This document shows positions 7,933 to 16,997 of a stretch of 64,000 nucleotides of DNA, in pieces. The position numbers and the translations under genes are program-made. Numbering within the stretch: position 1 is the first letter of the stretch; each line of letters opens with the position of its first letter. This DNA comes from Armatimonadota bacterium (GTDB lineage Bacteria; Armatimonadota; SYMT01): contig JAWLHY010000001.1 in NCBI GenBank assembly GCA_041690135.1, positions 1,284,865 to 1,348,864 on the forward strand, read 5' to 3'. The notes beneath the pieces were generated by a model. It saw only the letters and a list, made by a program, of their open reading frames with translations. It had not been told where the DNA came from and made no database searches.

Positions 7933-10425
7933 TCACATGGCGCGGACCCGCCGCGGTGACGGATTGACCCGCCAGCGGACGTGGCTCAAGAGCTCCGCGG
8001 CGCCCCAGGTCGCCAGCACGGATACCGCCACTGCAATCGTCCCCGTGAGCCCCATGGGCGTGAGCCCCAACATCTGCCGGAGTGGGGGAAGCAGCACGGT
8101 AAGCACCTGCAACCCGATGCTCAGGATGATGATTCCATTCAGCACCCCATTCCGTTCGGGCGGGACGTTGACCCGGCGCGCCGGGTAGACGAACACGAGT
8201 TGCGCGATCGACTCGTAGAGGAAGACTACGGTGATCGTTGTTGCGATGCTCAACCCGAACTGTGGCATCAGGGCGAGGAGCGCCAGGCCGACTGCCGCTT
8301 TCACGACGCCGGTGGACACCACGAACCGCAGGGAAGGCGTGTCGAGGAGCGGGGCCGCGGGATCGCGGGGCGGCTGGCGCATCACTTCGCGGTTATGGTC
8401 CAGGGCCAGCGCGAGGGCCGGCGGTCCGTCCGCCACGATGTTGATCCAGAGGAGCTGCACCGCGGTCAGCGGCAACAGCAGCGCCCCGGCATCATCGCGC
8501 GCATTCAACAGCACCGCCGTGAAGGCGGCGATCATCACCAGCAGAACCAGCGCCAGGTTGGTCGAGAAGAGGAACCGGATGAATTTCTGGATGTTCTCAT
8601 AGATGCTTCGCCCTTCTTCCACCGCGGTGACGATTGTCGCGAAGTTATCGTCCTGAAGCACCAGGTCGGCCACTTCTCGGGTCACGTCACTGCCGCGTTG
8701 CCCCATCGCCACCCCGACATCCGAGCGCTTCAGGGCGGGGGCATCGTTCACCCCGTCGCCGGTCATCGCGACGATCTCCCCATCCGCCTGGAGCGCCTCC
8801 ACCAGCCGCAGCTTGTCTTCCGGCGCGACGCGGGCGAAGACGTTGATCTCCCGGGCAACCTGCCGGAGCGCCTCCGGGGTGAGCGACTGGAGTTCGTGGC
8901 CGGTGATGGCCCGAGCTGACTGGATACCGATCTCGCGCGCCACCACCAGGGCGGTTGCCGGGTGGTCGCCCGTGATCATCAGCACGCGGATCCCGGCTTC
9001 CTGCGCCCGGCGGATCGCATCCGGTACCTCGGGGCGCGGCGGGTCCCACAGGGAAACCAGCCCGGCAAACTCCAGGTCCTGTTCCCCCTCCCCTTCTCGC
9101 CAGGCCAGCGCCAACATGCGGTAGCCCTCGCCGGCGTGCTCGGCCACCTTCCGCTCCCAGTCCTTCCGTTCGGCCGGCGTGAGGCGGCACCGGTTCAGGA
9201 TGACCTCCGGCGCGCCTTTCACGTAACTCACCGGGCGGCCAGCTTCCTCCACCGTGACGCGCATGAATTTCCGGGCGCTATCGAACGGAACACTCGAGCG
9301 GCGGGGATACTCCTGTTGAAGGGTAAGCGGATCGGTCCCTTGCTCGCGGCTGTATTCCAAAAGCGACACCTCCAGCGGATCGCCTACCCCCGTACCCACT
9401 TCGGCGTCATTCGCCAGGACCATGGCGCGCAGGGCGCGTTCCGGATCGGGAGTGTCCAGGTCCCGCACTTGCATGCGGTTCTCGGTCAGGGTTCCCGTCT
9501 TGTCGGTGGCAATCACCGTCACCGATCCGAGGGCCTCTACGGCGACCATCCGCCGGACCAAGGCCTGGCGGCGCGACATGCGCTCGATCCCGAGCGCCAG
9601 CGTCAGGGTCAACACGGCCGGCAGGCCTTCCGGCACGGCCGCGACGGCCAGAGCGACGGCGAAGAAGAGAACTCGATTGAACTGGTCCAGGCCTTCGAAC
9701 AGCAGTCCGAGCGCCACCAGCACCACGGCCAGCGCCAGCACCCAGCGAGCGATCTGGTGACCGAAGGTCGTCAGGCGGCGCTCCAACGGTGTCTCGCCCG
9801 CCTCGATGCCGCCCAGCATCTGCGCCATGCGCCCCAGGGTGCTCTCCAGGCCGGTGCGCCGGATCTCGGCGATGCCCTTACCCCGCACCAGCAGGGTGCC
9901 GCTCAGAACTTCCTCGCCGGCCGGTTTCTCGACCGGCAGCGACTCTCCGGTAACCACGGCCTCATCCACCAGAACGCCGTCAGCTTCGTGAAGGAGCCCG
10001 TCTGCGGGGATGCGGTCGCCGGCCTCCAGCCGCACCAAGTCCCCCGGCACGAGTTCGCTGCTTGGAATGCGTGCCAGCGTGCCGTCGCGGTAGGTCCACA
10101 CCTGCGGCGCGGAGAGATCCTGCAAACGGCTGAGAGCCGCCTCGGCCCGATACTCCTGGAATACTCCGAGCCCCGCGTTCAACAGAAGGATGAAGGCGAT
10201 GGCAATCGACTCCACCGGTAACCCGTGAGCGCCTTCCTGGATCCAGGCGAACAGGTCGAACGCGAGGGCAAACAACAGGATATAGATGAGCGGGCTCTGG
10301 AACTGGCGCAGAAACCGCCGCCACATCGGTTCCGACTGCTCCTCGGGAAGCGCGTTCGGTCCGTATCGCTCGCGCCTCGCCCGGGCTTCCTCGCTGCTCA
10401 ACCCCTGCCGCATGATCCTCTCCAC
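7933..10425 (-). CDS. Cation-transporting P-type ATPase (HAD superfamily; Ca2+/Mg2+-type)
   Basis: DKTGTLT phosphorylation motif, TGDGVNDAPALK hinge motif and about 10 TM segments. Confidence 0.95.
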   Translation of the reverse strand: MERIMRQGLSSEEARARRERYGPNALPEEQSEPMWRRFLRQFQSPLIYILLFALAFDLFAWIQEGAHGLPVESIAIAFILLLNAGLGVFQEYRAEAALSRLQDLSAPQVWTYRDGTLARIPSSELVPGDLVRLEAGDRIPADGLLHEADGVLVDEAVVTGESLPVEKPAGEEVLSGTLLVRGKGIAEIRRTGLESTLGRMAQMLGGIEAGETPLERRLTTFGHQIARWVLALAVVLVALGLLFEGLDQFNRVLFFAVALAVAAVPEGLPAVLTLTLALGIERMSRRQALVRRMVAVEALGSVTVIATDKTGTLTENRMQVRDLDTPDPERALRAMVLANDAEVGTGVGDPLEVSLLEYSREQGTDPLTLQQEYPRRSSVPFDSARKFMRVTVEEAGRPVSYVKGAPEVILNRCRLTPAERKDWERKVAEHAGEGYRMLALAWREGEGEQDLEFAGLVSLWDPPRPEVPDAIRRAQEAGIRVLMITGDHPATALVVAREIGIQSARAITGHELQSLTPEALRQVAREINVFARVAPEDKLRLVEALQADGEIVAMTGDGVNDAPALKRSDVGVAMGQRGSDVTREVADLVLQDDNFATIVTAVEEGRSIYENIQKFIRFLFSTNLALVLLVMIAAFTAVLLNARDDAGALLLPLTAVQLLWINIVADGPPALALALDHNREVMRQPPRDPAAPLLDTPSLRFVVSTGVVKAAVGLALLALMPQFGLSIATTITVVFLYESIAQLVFVYPARRVNVPPERNGVLNGIIILSIGLQVLTVLLPPLRQMLGLTPMGLTGTIAVAVSVLATWGAAELLSHVRWRVNPSPRRVRAM

Positions 10426-10773
10426 CCTTCCGGTCCATCCCTCTCGGTGGTGACCCTCGCCGCCGGCGAGGCGGTACCCCGCAGTCTTTACCCACTCCCA
10501 CCAGCGTGAAGCACTGAGAATGGGTCATGCGGAATGCCTGACCGACTACGGCCTCCAGCCACTAACAGAATGCCCGGTCTGTGCACCGGTGACGCGTCGC
10601 CATTGGCAGCGATGCAAATCGGATCTTGTGATCGGCTACAAAGCGGGGTTTGGGATGCCTTCCGAGGCAGATTTGGCGGATCTGGGTAAACGCCATACAG
10701 GAGCACTGGTGGGCGGCCGCCCTCTTCCTACACTGGGCGGTCCGGAAGTCCCCCGGTACCGGCGATTCAAGAT

Positions 10774-12438
10774 ATGACAGGATCCGTTTTCCATGACCTG
10801 GCGCTGCTGCTGTTATTGGCGGTCGGGGTGGGCGCCGCGGGCGTTCTCCTCCGACAACCGCTGATCATCTCCTTCATCGTGGTGGGGATCGCCGTCGGCC
10901 CCGCGGGGCTGGGCTGGACCAGCGCACAGCAAGAGATCGAGCTCCTCGCCACCTTTGGGATCGCCCTGCTGCTCTTCGTGGTCGGCCTCAAGCTGGACCT
11001 GCACCTGATCCGCACCACGGGTCCTGTCGCCCTGGCCACCGGATTAGGACAGGTCGCGTTCACCAGCATCCTCGGCTATTTCCTGGCGCGGGCACTGAGC
11101 ATGGCGCCCATCACCGCGCTTTACGTCGCTGTGGCCCTCACCTTCTCCAGTACGATCATCATCGTGAAGCTCCTCTCGGACAAGCGCGAGATCGACTCGC
11201 TCCACGGCCGTATCGCGATGGGGTTTCTCATCGTGCAGGACGTTCTGGTGGTGCTGGTGATGATCCTGCTCTCGGCCGTCGGCGCCGGAAGCGAAGCTAC
11301 AAGCACGGGACGCGCCATTCTGCTGATGGCGGTGAAGGGTGGCGTATTCCTGGCAGCTATCGCCTTGCTGATGCGGTTTGTGCTTCCGCGACTGTTGCAC
11401 CGGCTGGCTTATTCGCAGGAGTTGCTCATTCTGTCGGCCGTCGCCTGGGCTATAGCTCTGGCGGCGGCTGGGGATTTGCTCGGCTTCAGCAAGGAAGTCG
11501 GCGCCTTTCTCGCGGGGGTGTCCCTCGCTTCGACCGGTTACCGGGAGATCATCGGGGCCCGGCTCCAGGGTCTGCGGGACTTTCTGCTCCTCTTCTTTTT
11601 TGTCCACCTGGGGGCGCAGATGGAGTTGCGCCACCTGGGCGCGCAGTGGGTCCCCGCTCTCGTCCTCTCCGCTTTCGTGCTGATCGGCAACCCACTGATC
11701 GTGCTGGCGATCATGGGGTACATGGGCTACCGCCGGCGCACGAGCTTCCTGGCGGGCCTAACGGTGGCCCAGATCAGCGAGTTCTCCTTGATCCTGGTAG
11801 CCCTCGGGATGAACCTGGGCCATGTGGGGATGGAGACCACGGGGCTGGTGACGGTGGTGGGTCTGATCACCATCGGCTTGTCTACCTACATGATCCTCTA
11901 CTCGCATCTCCTCTACGACTGGCTAGCCCCGTGGCTGCGAGTCTTCGAGCGGCATGTTCCCCATCGGGAAGAGGACGCGGGAGCGGTGGCGGTGGAGGAG
12001 CCGGTGGAGGTGATTCTCTTCGGATTGGGCCGGTACGGATGCCGGATCGGAATGGGACTGGTGCGCAACGGACTGAAAGTCCTGGGTGTCGACTTCGATC
12101 CGGAGGCGGTGCGCAATTGGCAGGAACTCGAACTCCTGGCGCAGTATGGGGACGCGGAAGACCCGGAGTTTGCGGCCCATCTACCGCTGGCTCATGCCCG
12201 GATGGTGGTGTGTGCCGCGCCGCGCCTGGATACGAACCTCACGCTGCTCCGGGGTCTGCAGCATCATGGCTACCGGGGACTGGTAGTGCTCACCGCCCAT
12301 ACCTCCGCGGATGCGGAAGTGCTGAAGGGAGCCGGTGCCGACCTGGTGCTCCTTCCGTTCGCGGACGCGGCGGATCAGGCGGTGGATATCCTGGCCGCCC
12401 CCGCGGACCTCGCCCGCCAGTGGCAACGCGCGGCGTGA
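10774..12438 (+). CDS. Kef-type (CPA2) monovalent cation:proton antiporter with C-terminal TrkA-N/RCK-like domain
   Basis: N-terminal Na_H exchanger-like TM region (IISFIVVGIAVGPAGLGW) and a C-terminal Rossmann-like region (ILFGLGRYG). Confidence 0.9.
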   Translation: MTGSVFHDLALLLLLAVGVGAAGVLLRQPLIISFIVVGIAVGPAGLGWTSAQQEIELLATFGIALLLFVVGLKLDLHLIRTTGPVALATGLGQVAFTSILGYFLARALSMAPITALYVAVALTFSSTIIIVKLLSDKREIDSLHGRIAMGFLIVQDVLVVLVMILLSAVGAGSEATSTGRAILLMAVKGGVFLAAIALLMRFVLPRLLHRLAYSQELLILSAVAWAIALAAAGDLLGFSKEVGAFLAGVSLASTGYREIIGARLQGLRDFLLLFFFVHLGAQMELRHLGAQWVPALVLSAFVLIGNPLIVLAIMGYMGYRRRTSFLAGLTVAQISEFSLILVALGMNLGHVGMETTGLVTVVGLITIGLSTYMILYSHLLYDWLAPWLRVFERHVPHREEDAGAVAVEEPVEVILFGLGRYGCRIGMGLVRNGLKVLGVDFDPEAVRNWQELELLAQYGDAEDPEFAAHLPLAHARMVVCAAPRLDTNLTLLRGLQHHGYRGLVVLTAHTSADAEVLKGAGADLVLLPFADAADQAVDILAAPADLARQWQRAA

Positions 12439-12467
12439 TTATAGAGACAGTGGGTGCCGCAATCGGG

Positions 12468-12839
12468 TCAGCGGCACTCCACGCACAGTCCCGTTAACTC
12501 GGTGTGGTAACCGGTCACCTGGAAGCCGCTTGTTTCCACCGCCGCCTGCACCACCTCCTGCGGCAGCGACACCAGTACGTCCACCAGTTTTCCGCACCGG
12601 TGGCACACTGCATGGTCGTGCCGGTCGGTGCGCCGATCGTACTGCGTGACTTCCCCGACTCGGATCTCCTGCAGGTGACCGTCCTCCGCCAGGGCGCTGA
12701 GGTTGCGGTAGACCGTCGCATACCCGATCCCAGGAAGCACCTGGCGTACGCGCTCATAGACCTGCGCCGCCGTCGGGTGATCGCCGGATCGTTCCACGAT
12801 CTCGAGGATCGCCTGACGCTGTTTCGTCTGTCGCATCAT
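12468..12839 (-). CDS. Fur family transcriptional regulator (Fur/Zur/PerR-like)
   Basis: TKQRQAILEIV winged-helix region and HHDHAVCHRCGKL..CxxC metal-binding motifs. Confidence 0.9.
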   Translation of the reverse strand: MMRQTKQRQAILEIVERSGDHPTAAQVYERVRQVLPGIGYATVYRNLSALAEDGHLQEIRVGEVTQYDRRTDRHDHAVCHRCGKLVDVLVSLPQEVVQAAVETSGFQVTGYHTELTGLCVECR

Positions 12840-13339
12840 CGGACAGACTCTAGGAAATAGACTTGCATCATCCTGGAGAGCGTTCTACCCAACTGGAGTG
12901 GTATGCCGCGCACGTTCCCGGCGGCCCGCTTCTTGGGGGTCCCATTCACCAGAACATTATACGCTTTCTGGGCTCCGATCTTTTTGCCGCTAAATGTGAA
13001 GTCGGTGCTGGTAGTCCATGAGCAGTGGGCGCCCGTCTTCTGCAGGGTGGTTCCGGCACAGGGCGGCTGGTCCCATGATGTCACTACGGAGTCCCAACGC
13101 TATCGTGGGGACCTTCCACACATCATGGGAGTTCTCCGGTACTTGGCGGTCGAGCCCGCATCACAGCATGGGTGACCGCCGGAGTTGCCGTCCCTTTCTG
13201 TTCCGTCTCCACCCTTGGCTCCCTCAGGGTCTTCTATGCTCCGGGAGACTTTCATCGACTTTTTCTATTCGACACACGTATCTGGTGGATCTAGACTTAG
13301 CATGGCCCCCGCGCAAACAGACGCCCGGGGTGGAAACGG

Positions 13340-14485
13340 GTGGAAGCCATGCGTTCAGCGGTCGAGACGGCGGAGAGAGTGGCGCGCGAGGCACTCGCGC
13401 CCTGGGCGGAGCATGTGGACCGGGAGGGTCGCTGGCCGGCGGAGTCTCGGGCGGCGCTCGGTGGAGCCGGGTTGCTTGGGCTCGCTGTCCCCGAAGCCTA
13501 TGGAGGCCTCGGTGCTTCTCCGACCGTGGTGTCGGCGGTCGTGCGCACGCTGGCGGAGAGTTGTGCCTCCACGGCGATGATCTTCATGATGCACGTGTGC
13601 GCGCAGCAGGTGATCGCACAGGCGGAGGCGTTCCCCTTTCGTGAGGAGATTCTCCGGGCGATGGCCCGCGGGGAGCACCTCAGCACCCTGGCCTTCAGCG
13701 AGAAGGGCTCGCGGAGCCACTTCTGGGCGCCGGTGAGCCAGGCCGTGGCCGACGGAGACATCCATCGGCTCAGTGCGGAGAAGTCCTGGGTCACCAGCGC
13801 GGGACAGGCGGACAGTTACGTCGTGTCCACCCGCAGCACCGCGGCAGCGGAGATGACCGCTTCCACGCTTTACTATGTCCCGAACGGCGCCGCCGGGCTC
13901 AGCGTGGCGGGCTCTTGGTCTGGCCTCGGCCTTCGCGGGAATGCCAGCGCGCCGATGCGGCTCAAAAACGTGTCGGTGCCCGCTTCGCACCGCTTGAGCG
14001 GCGAGGGCGAAGGGTTCGGTGCGATGCTCAGCGTGGTCCTCCCCTGGTTTCAGCTCTGCAGCGCGTCCGTTTCCGTGGGGATCGCCGCGGCGGCGACGGA
14101 GGCCACCCGGCGCCACCTGATGGCCTCCAAACTGGAGCACCTGGACCAATCCCTGGCCTCCCTGATGAACCTGCGCGCGCGGTTGGCCCAGATGCAGATC
14201 GCCGTCGACACCCAGCGCGTGTTCCTGAACCACGTGGCGGGCCGGATGGAGAATCCCGGCCCCGACACGATGCTGGCAGTGCTGGAGAGCAAAGCCGCCG
14301 CCGCCGAGGTGGCGCTCGAGGTGACCGATCTGGCGATGCGGACCTGCGGAGGCGCCGCGTTTAGCCGGCACCTGGGTGTGGAGCGGAATTTCCGTGATGC
14401 CCGCGCCGGGGCGGTGATGGCCCCCACGACCGACGTACTGCATGATTTCATCGGCAAGGCACTCCTTGAGATGCCGCTGTTCTGA
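13340..14485 (+). CDS. Acyl-CoA dehydrogenase-fold flavoenzyme
   Basis: GLLGLAVPEAYGGLGAS and a C-terminal RTCGGAAFSRHLGVERNFRDARAGAVMAPT pattern typical of the ACAD family. Confidence 0.9.
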   Translation: MEAMRSAVETAERVAREALAPWAEHVDREGRWPAESRAALGGAGLLGLAVPEAYGGLGASPTVVSAVVRTLAESCASTAMIFMMHVCAQQVIAQAEAFPFREEILRAMARGEHLSTLAFSEKGSRSHFWAPVSQAVADGDIHRLSAEKSWVTSAGQADSYVVSTRSTAAAEMTASTLYYVPNGAAGLSVAGSWSGLGLRGNASAPMRLKNVSVPASHRLSGEGEGFGAMLSVVLPWFQLCSASVSVGIAAAATEATRRHLMASKLEHLDQSLASLMNLRARLAQMQIAVDTQRVFLNHVAGRMENPGPDTMLAVLESKAAAAEVALEVTDLAMRTCGGAAFSRHLGVERNFRDARAGAVMAPTTDVLHDFIGKALLEMPLF

Positions 14486-14523
14486 TGCCGCTCTTTTGAA
14501 GCCGCTTACTTGAGGGTACCCCT

Positions 14524-15357
14524 ATGGACCGTCCGATCTTGATTGGCGCCGTCGCCTACGACCAGCGTGTGGTCCCGATCTGGGAAGGCATGCGCGACTA
14601 CTTCCGCGAGGCCGGCATGCCGATCGACTACGTCCTCTACTCGAACTACGACCGGCAGGTAGAGGCCCTCCTGGACCGGCAAATCGATATCGCCTGGAAC
14701 ACCAACCTGGCCTGGCTGAAGGTCTGTCGCCGCACCGACAACCGCTGCCGGGCGCTCGCGATGCGGGATGTGGACGCCGATTTCAAGACCGTTTTCGTGG
14801 CGCGGACGGACAGCGGCATCCAGTCGCTCGCCGATATTCATGGCAAGCGTCTGGCCCTCGGCTCCGCCGACTCCGGTCAGGCCGCCATCCTTCCCATTGA
14901 GTTTCTCCGCGAAGCCGGCGTGGATGCCGAGCGAGAGTGCCGGGTGTCCCGGTTCAACCTGGACGTGGGCAAACACGGCGACACGGGCACCAGCGAGCTG
15001 GAAGTTCTGCGCGCCCTCCGTGACGGGGAGGCGGATGCGGGCGCCATGGCGGACTCTACCTGGATCCGGCAGGTCACCGAAGGACGGGTGGACCCGACGC
15101 AGGTGCGCGCGATCTGGACCTCTCCCGGCTACTGCCACTGCAACTTCACGGTCCTGGAAGATTTCCCCGAAGAAGTCGGGCGCAACTGGACCGGCACTCT
15201 CCTGACGATGACCTACGACAATCCTCGCTGGCGGGAGTTGATGGACCTGGAGGGCCTCAAGCGCTGGCTGGAGGCCACGCCGGAGGTGATGAAGGGCTAC
15301 GATAGCCTCTGGGAAGCGGTGGAGCGCCAGGGCCTGACCCGCAACTGGCCGTCGTGA
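14524..15357 (+). CDS. PhnD/SsuA/transferrin-family substrate-binding-like protein without a signal peptide
   Basis: PhnD-like N-terminus (LIGAVAYDQRVVPIWEGMRDYFREAGMPIDYVLYSNYDRQVEALLDRQIDIAWN). No hydrophobic leader. GAGGGTA RBS. Confidence 0.75.
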   Translation: MDRPILIGAVAYDQRVVPIWEGMRDYFREAGMPIDYVLYSNYDRQVEALLDRQIDIAWNTNLAWLKVCRRTDNRCRALAMRDVDADFKTVFVARTDSGIQSLADIHGKRLALGSADSGQAAILPIEFLREAGVDAERECRVSRFNLDVGKHGDTGTSELEVLRALRDGEADAGAMADSTWIRQVTEGRVDPTQVRAIWTSPGYCHCNFTVLEDFPEEVGRNWTGTLLTMTYDNPRWRELMDLEGLKRWLEATPEVMKGYDSLWEAVERQGLTRNWPS

Positions 15358-16631
15358 GTTCCCGAATGGAAGAGTTTCCGCAGCCGGCAGCGCTGGTCGA
15401 GGGCGGCGCACTGGAAGTGGGCAACGGCCTGCTGATGCTTCTTCGCGAAGCCATGGAGCCGCTCCCGCCGGACGCCGTGGTGGCCGTACGCGCCTCCCAC
15501 CCCACGGTGGCTCACGACCTGCCCGCCTGGTGCCGGGTGATGGCGCATACGTACATGGGTGCGGCGTCCGGCCCGGATGGAACGGTCTACTACTTCCGGA
15601 AGAGCCCCTTCCTCCCCATCGCCACCGAAGAGCGGCCGGACTGGGGGGTGCGGATGCCCCGTCGCGACAACGGGGAACTCCACACACGGGATTGGATGGT
15701 CGGCCGGGTGGAGGCGGTGCCGGACCGGGCGACCACCACCACCGGATTCGCGCCGCGTGGAGCCGTAGTAGAGCAGGGCGCGCCGGCTTTCGACTTCACC
15801 ATCAACGAGCGCTCCGCGGTGTGGGCGGCGGAGGTCGCGGATCTCTACGAGCAGGCGACGGCCAACCAGTGGGACGCCTCTCGCGATATTCCGTGGGACC
15901 GCCTGGAGCCGCTGCCGGAACCGCTGGAGCGGGCTGTCTGCCAGTTGATGACGTTTCTGACGGAGAACGAGTACTCTGCTCTCTACGTCCCCGCGAAGTT
16001 CGTCCCGCGCATCAACCCGCAGTTCAATGAAGTCGTGATGTTCCTCTGCACGCAGATGATGGATGAATCACGGCACATCGAGGCTTTCACCAAGCGTGCC
16101 CTGGCCAACGGCGGCGGGCTCCAGTACTCGGCCGCGTCAACCCAGCTCAGCCTGAAGACGCTGTTCGATCAACACGACTTCACCTCCGCCTCCTTCCTCC
16201 TCTCCGTGCTTGGCGAGGGGACCTTCCTGGATCTCCTGCGGTTCATCGAGACGCACGCGCCGGACCCGGTAACCGCCGAGATCTGTCGCCGCGCGCGCGT
16301 GGACGAGACGCGCCACGTGCATTTCGGGATGGCCCACATGCGCTACTACCTCGCGCAGGACCCGGCCAACTATGAGCACCTCGAACGGGCGGTGCGGGAG
16401 CGGGCCGCGTTCATGCAGTCGGTGACGGAGGTGAGCCCGCGGGTCCAGGAAGCGCTGGCGATCCTCGCGGCGGGTGGCTTGAACGCGGACCGCCTGCCGG
16501 AAGGGCTGGCGAAAGTGCGGGCTCTCGTGAGTGAGATGCACGAGCACCGCATGCGCCGTCTCTTGGCCGCCGGCTTCTCCGCGGAGCAGGCAGTCGAGAT
16601 CTCCCGCCTCCACACCCCGAACTTCATGTAA
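15354..16631 (+). CDS. TusA-like N-terminal domain fused to a ferritin-like diiron-carboxylate domain
   Basis: GTGA start/stop overlap with the upstream gene. Two E...ExxH pairs (ENEY...DESRHIE and GEG...DETRHVH) with about 32-36 residue spacing. Confidence 0.7.
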   Translation: MSSRMEEFPQPAALVEGGALEVGNGLLMLLREAMEPLPPDAVVAVRASHPTVAHDLPAWCRVMAHTYMGAASGPDGTVYYFRKSPFLPIATEERPDWGVRMPRRDNGELHTRDWMVGRVEAVPDRATTTTGFAPRGAVVEQGAPAFDFTINERSAVWAAEVADLYEQATANQWDASRDIPWDRLEPLPEPLERAVCQLMTFLTENEYSALYVPAKFVPRINPQFNEVVMFLCTQMMDESRHIEAFTKRALANGGGLQYSAASTQLSLKTLFDQHDFTSASFLLSVLGEGTFLDLLRFIETHAPDPVTAEICRRARVDETRHVHFGMAHMRYYLAQDPANYEHLERAVRERAAFMQSVTEVSPRVQEALAILAAGGLNADRLPEGLAKVRALVSEMHEHRMRRLLAAGFSAEQAVEISRLHTPNFM

Positions 16632-16692
16632 GCGGTCTTCGCCACTCCGGCCCCGAAGGAGCCTCAATCCCCGGCCCCCTCGGGGGCTGCAG

Positions 16693-16728
16693 CCTTCCAA
16701 CCTTCAACCTTCAACCTTCAACCTCTCC
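16693..16728. repeat. CCTTCAA heptamer microsatellite (about 5 units)
   Basis: ccttccaa ccttcaa ccttcaa ccttcaa cctctcc, directly upstream of the tRNA-Gln promoter. Confidence 0.5.
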
Positions 16729-16735
16729 AAAGGTA

Positions 16736-16765
16736 TTGACATCCCCCCGCGCGAGCCGCTACTAT
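16736..16765 (+). promoter_or_regulatory. Sigma70-like promoter for tRNA-Gln (TTGACA-N18-TACTAT)
   Basis: Perfect -35 TTGACA at 16736-16741 and a -10 TACTAT at 16760-16765. The tRNA 5' end lies 10 nt downstream. Confidence 0.5.
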
Positions 16766-16775
16766 ACAACCACGT

Positions 16776-16848
16776 TGCCGGATAGCTCAGTTGGCAGAGC
16801 GACTGACTCTGGATCAGTAGGTCCTAGGTTCGAGCCCTAGTCCGGCAG
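16776..16848 (+). tRNA. tRNA-Gln (anticodon CUG)
   Basis: Hand-folded cloverleaf: acceptor TGCCGGA/TCCGGCA (U1:A72), D-stem GCTC/GAGC, anticodon stem ACTGA/TCAGT with loop CTCTGGA, T-loop TTCGAGC, discriminator G. No encoded CCA. Confidence 0.9.
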
Positions 16849-16997
16849 TGTTTCCCACCCCATTGGATTGACCAGGAGCGCCCCTTCCCGCTGCGCCCCG
16901 ACGTCGATCGCAAAAGAGGCCGGGCAGGTCGCGACCCTCGCGTCTGTCCGGTTTTTTCACGTCTAGTGGACCGAGGAATTGGAGCAGGGAGACGAGA

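Noticed and set aside
8962-10221. 419-aa plus-strand ORF
   Set aside because: Antisense to the P-type ATPase, which has unambiguous DKTGT/TGDGVNDAP motifs.
13355-14443. 362-aa minus-strand ORF
   Set aside because: Antisense to the ACAD-fold gene.
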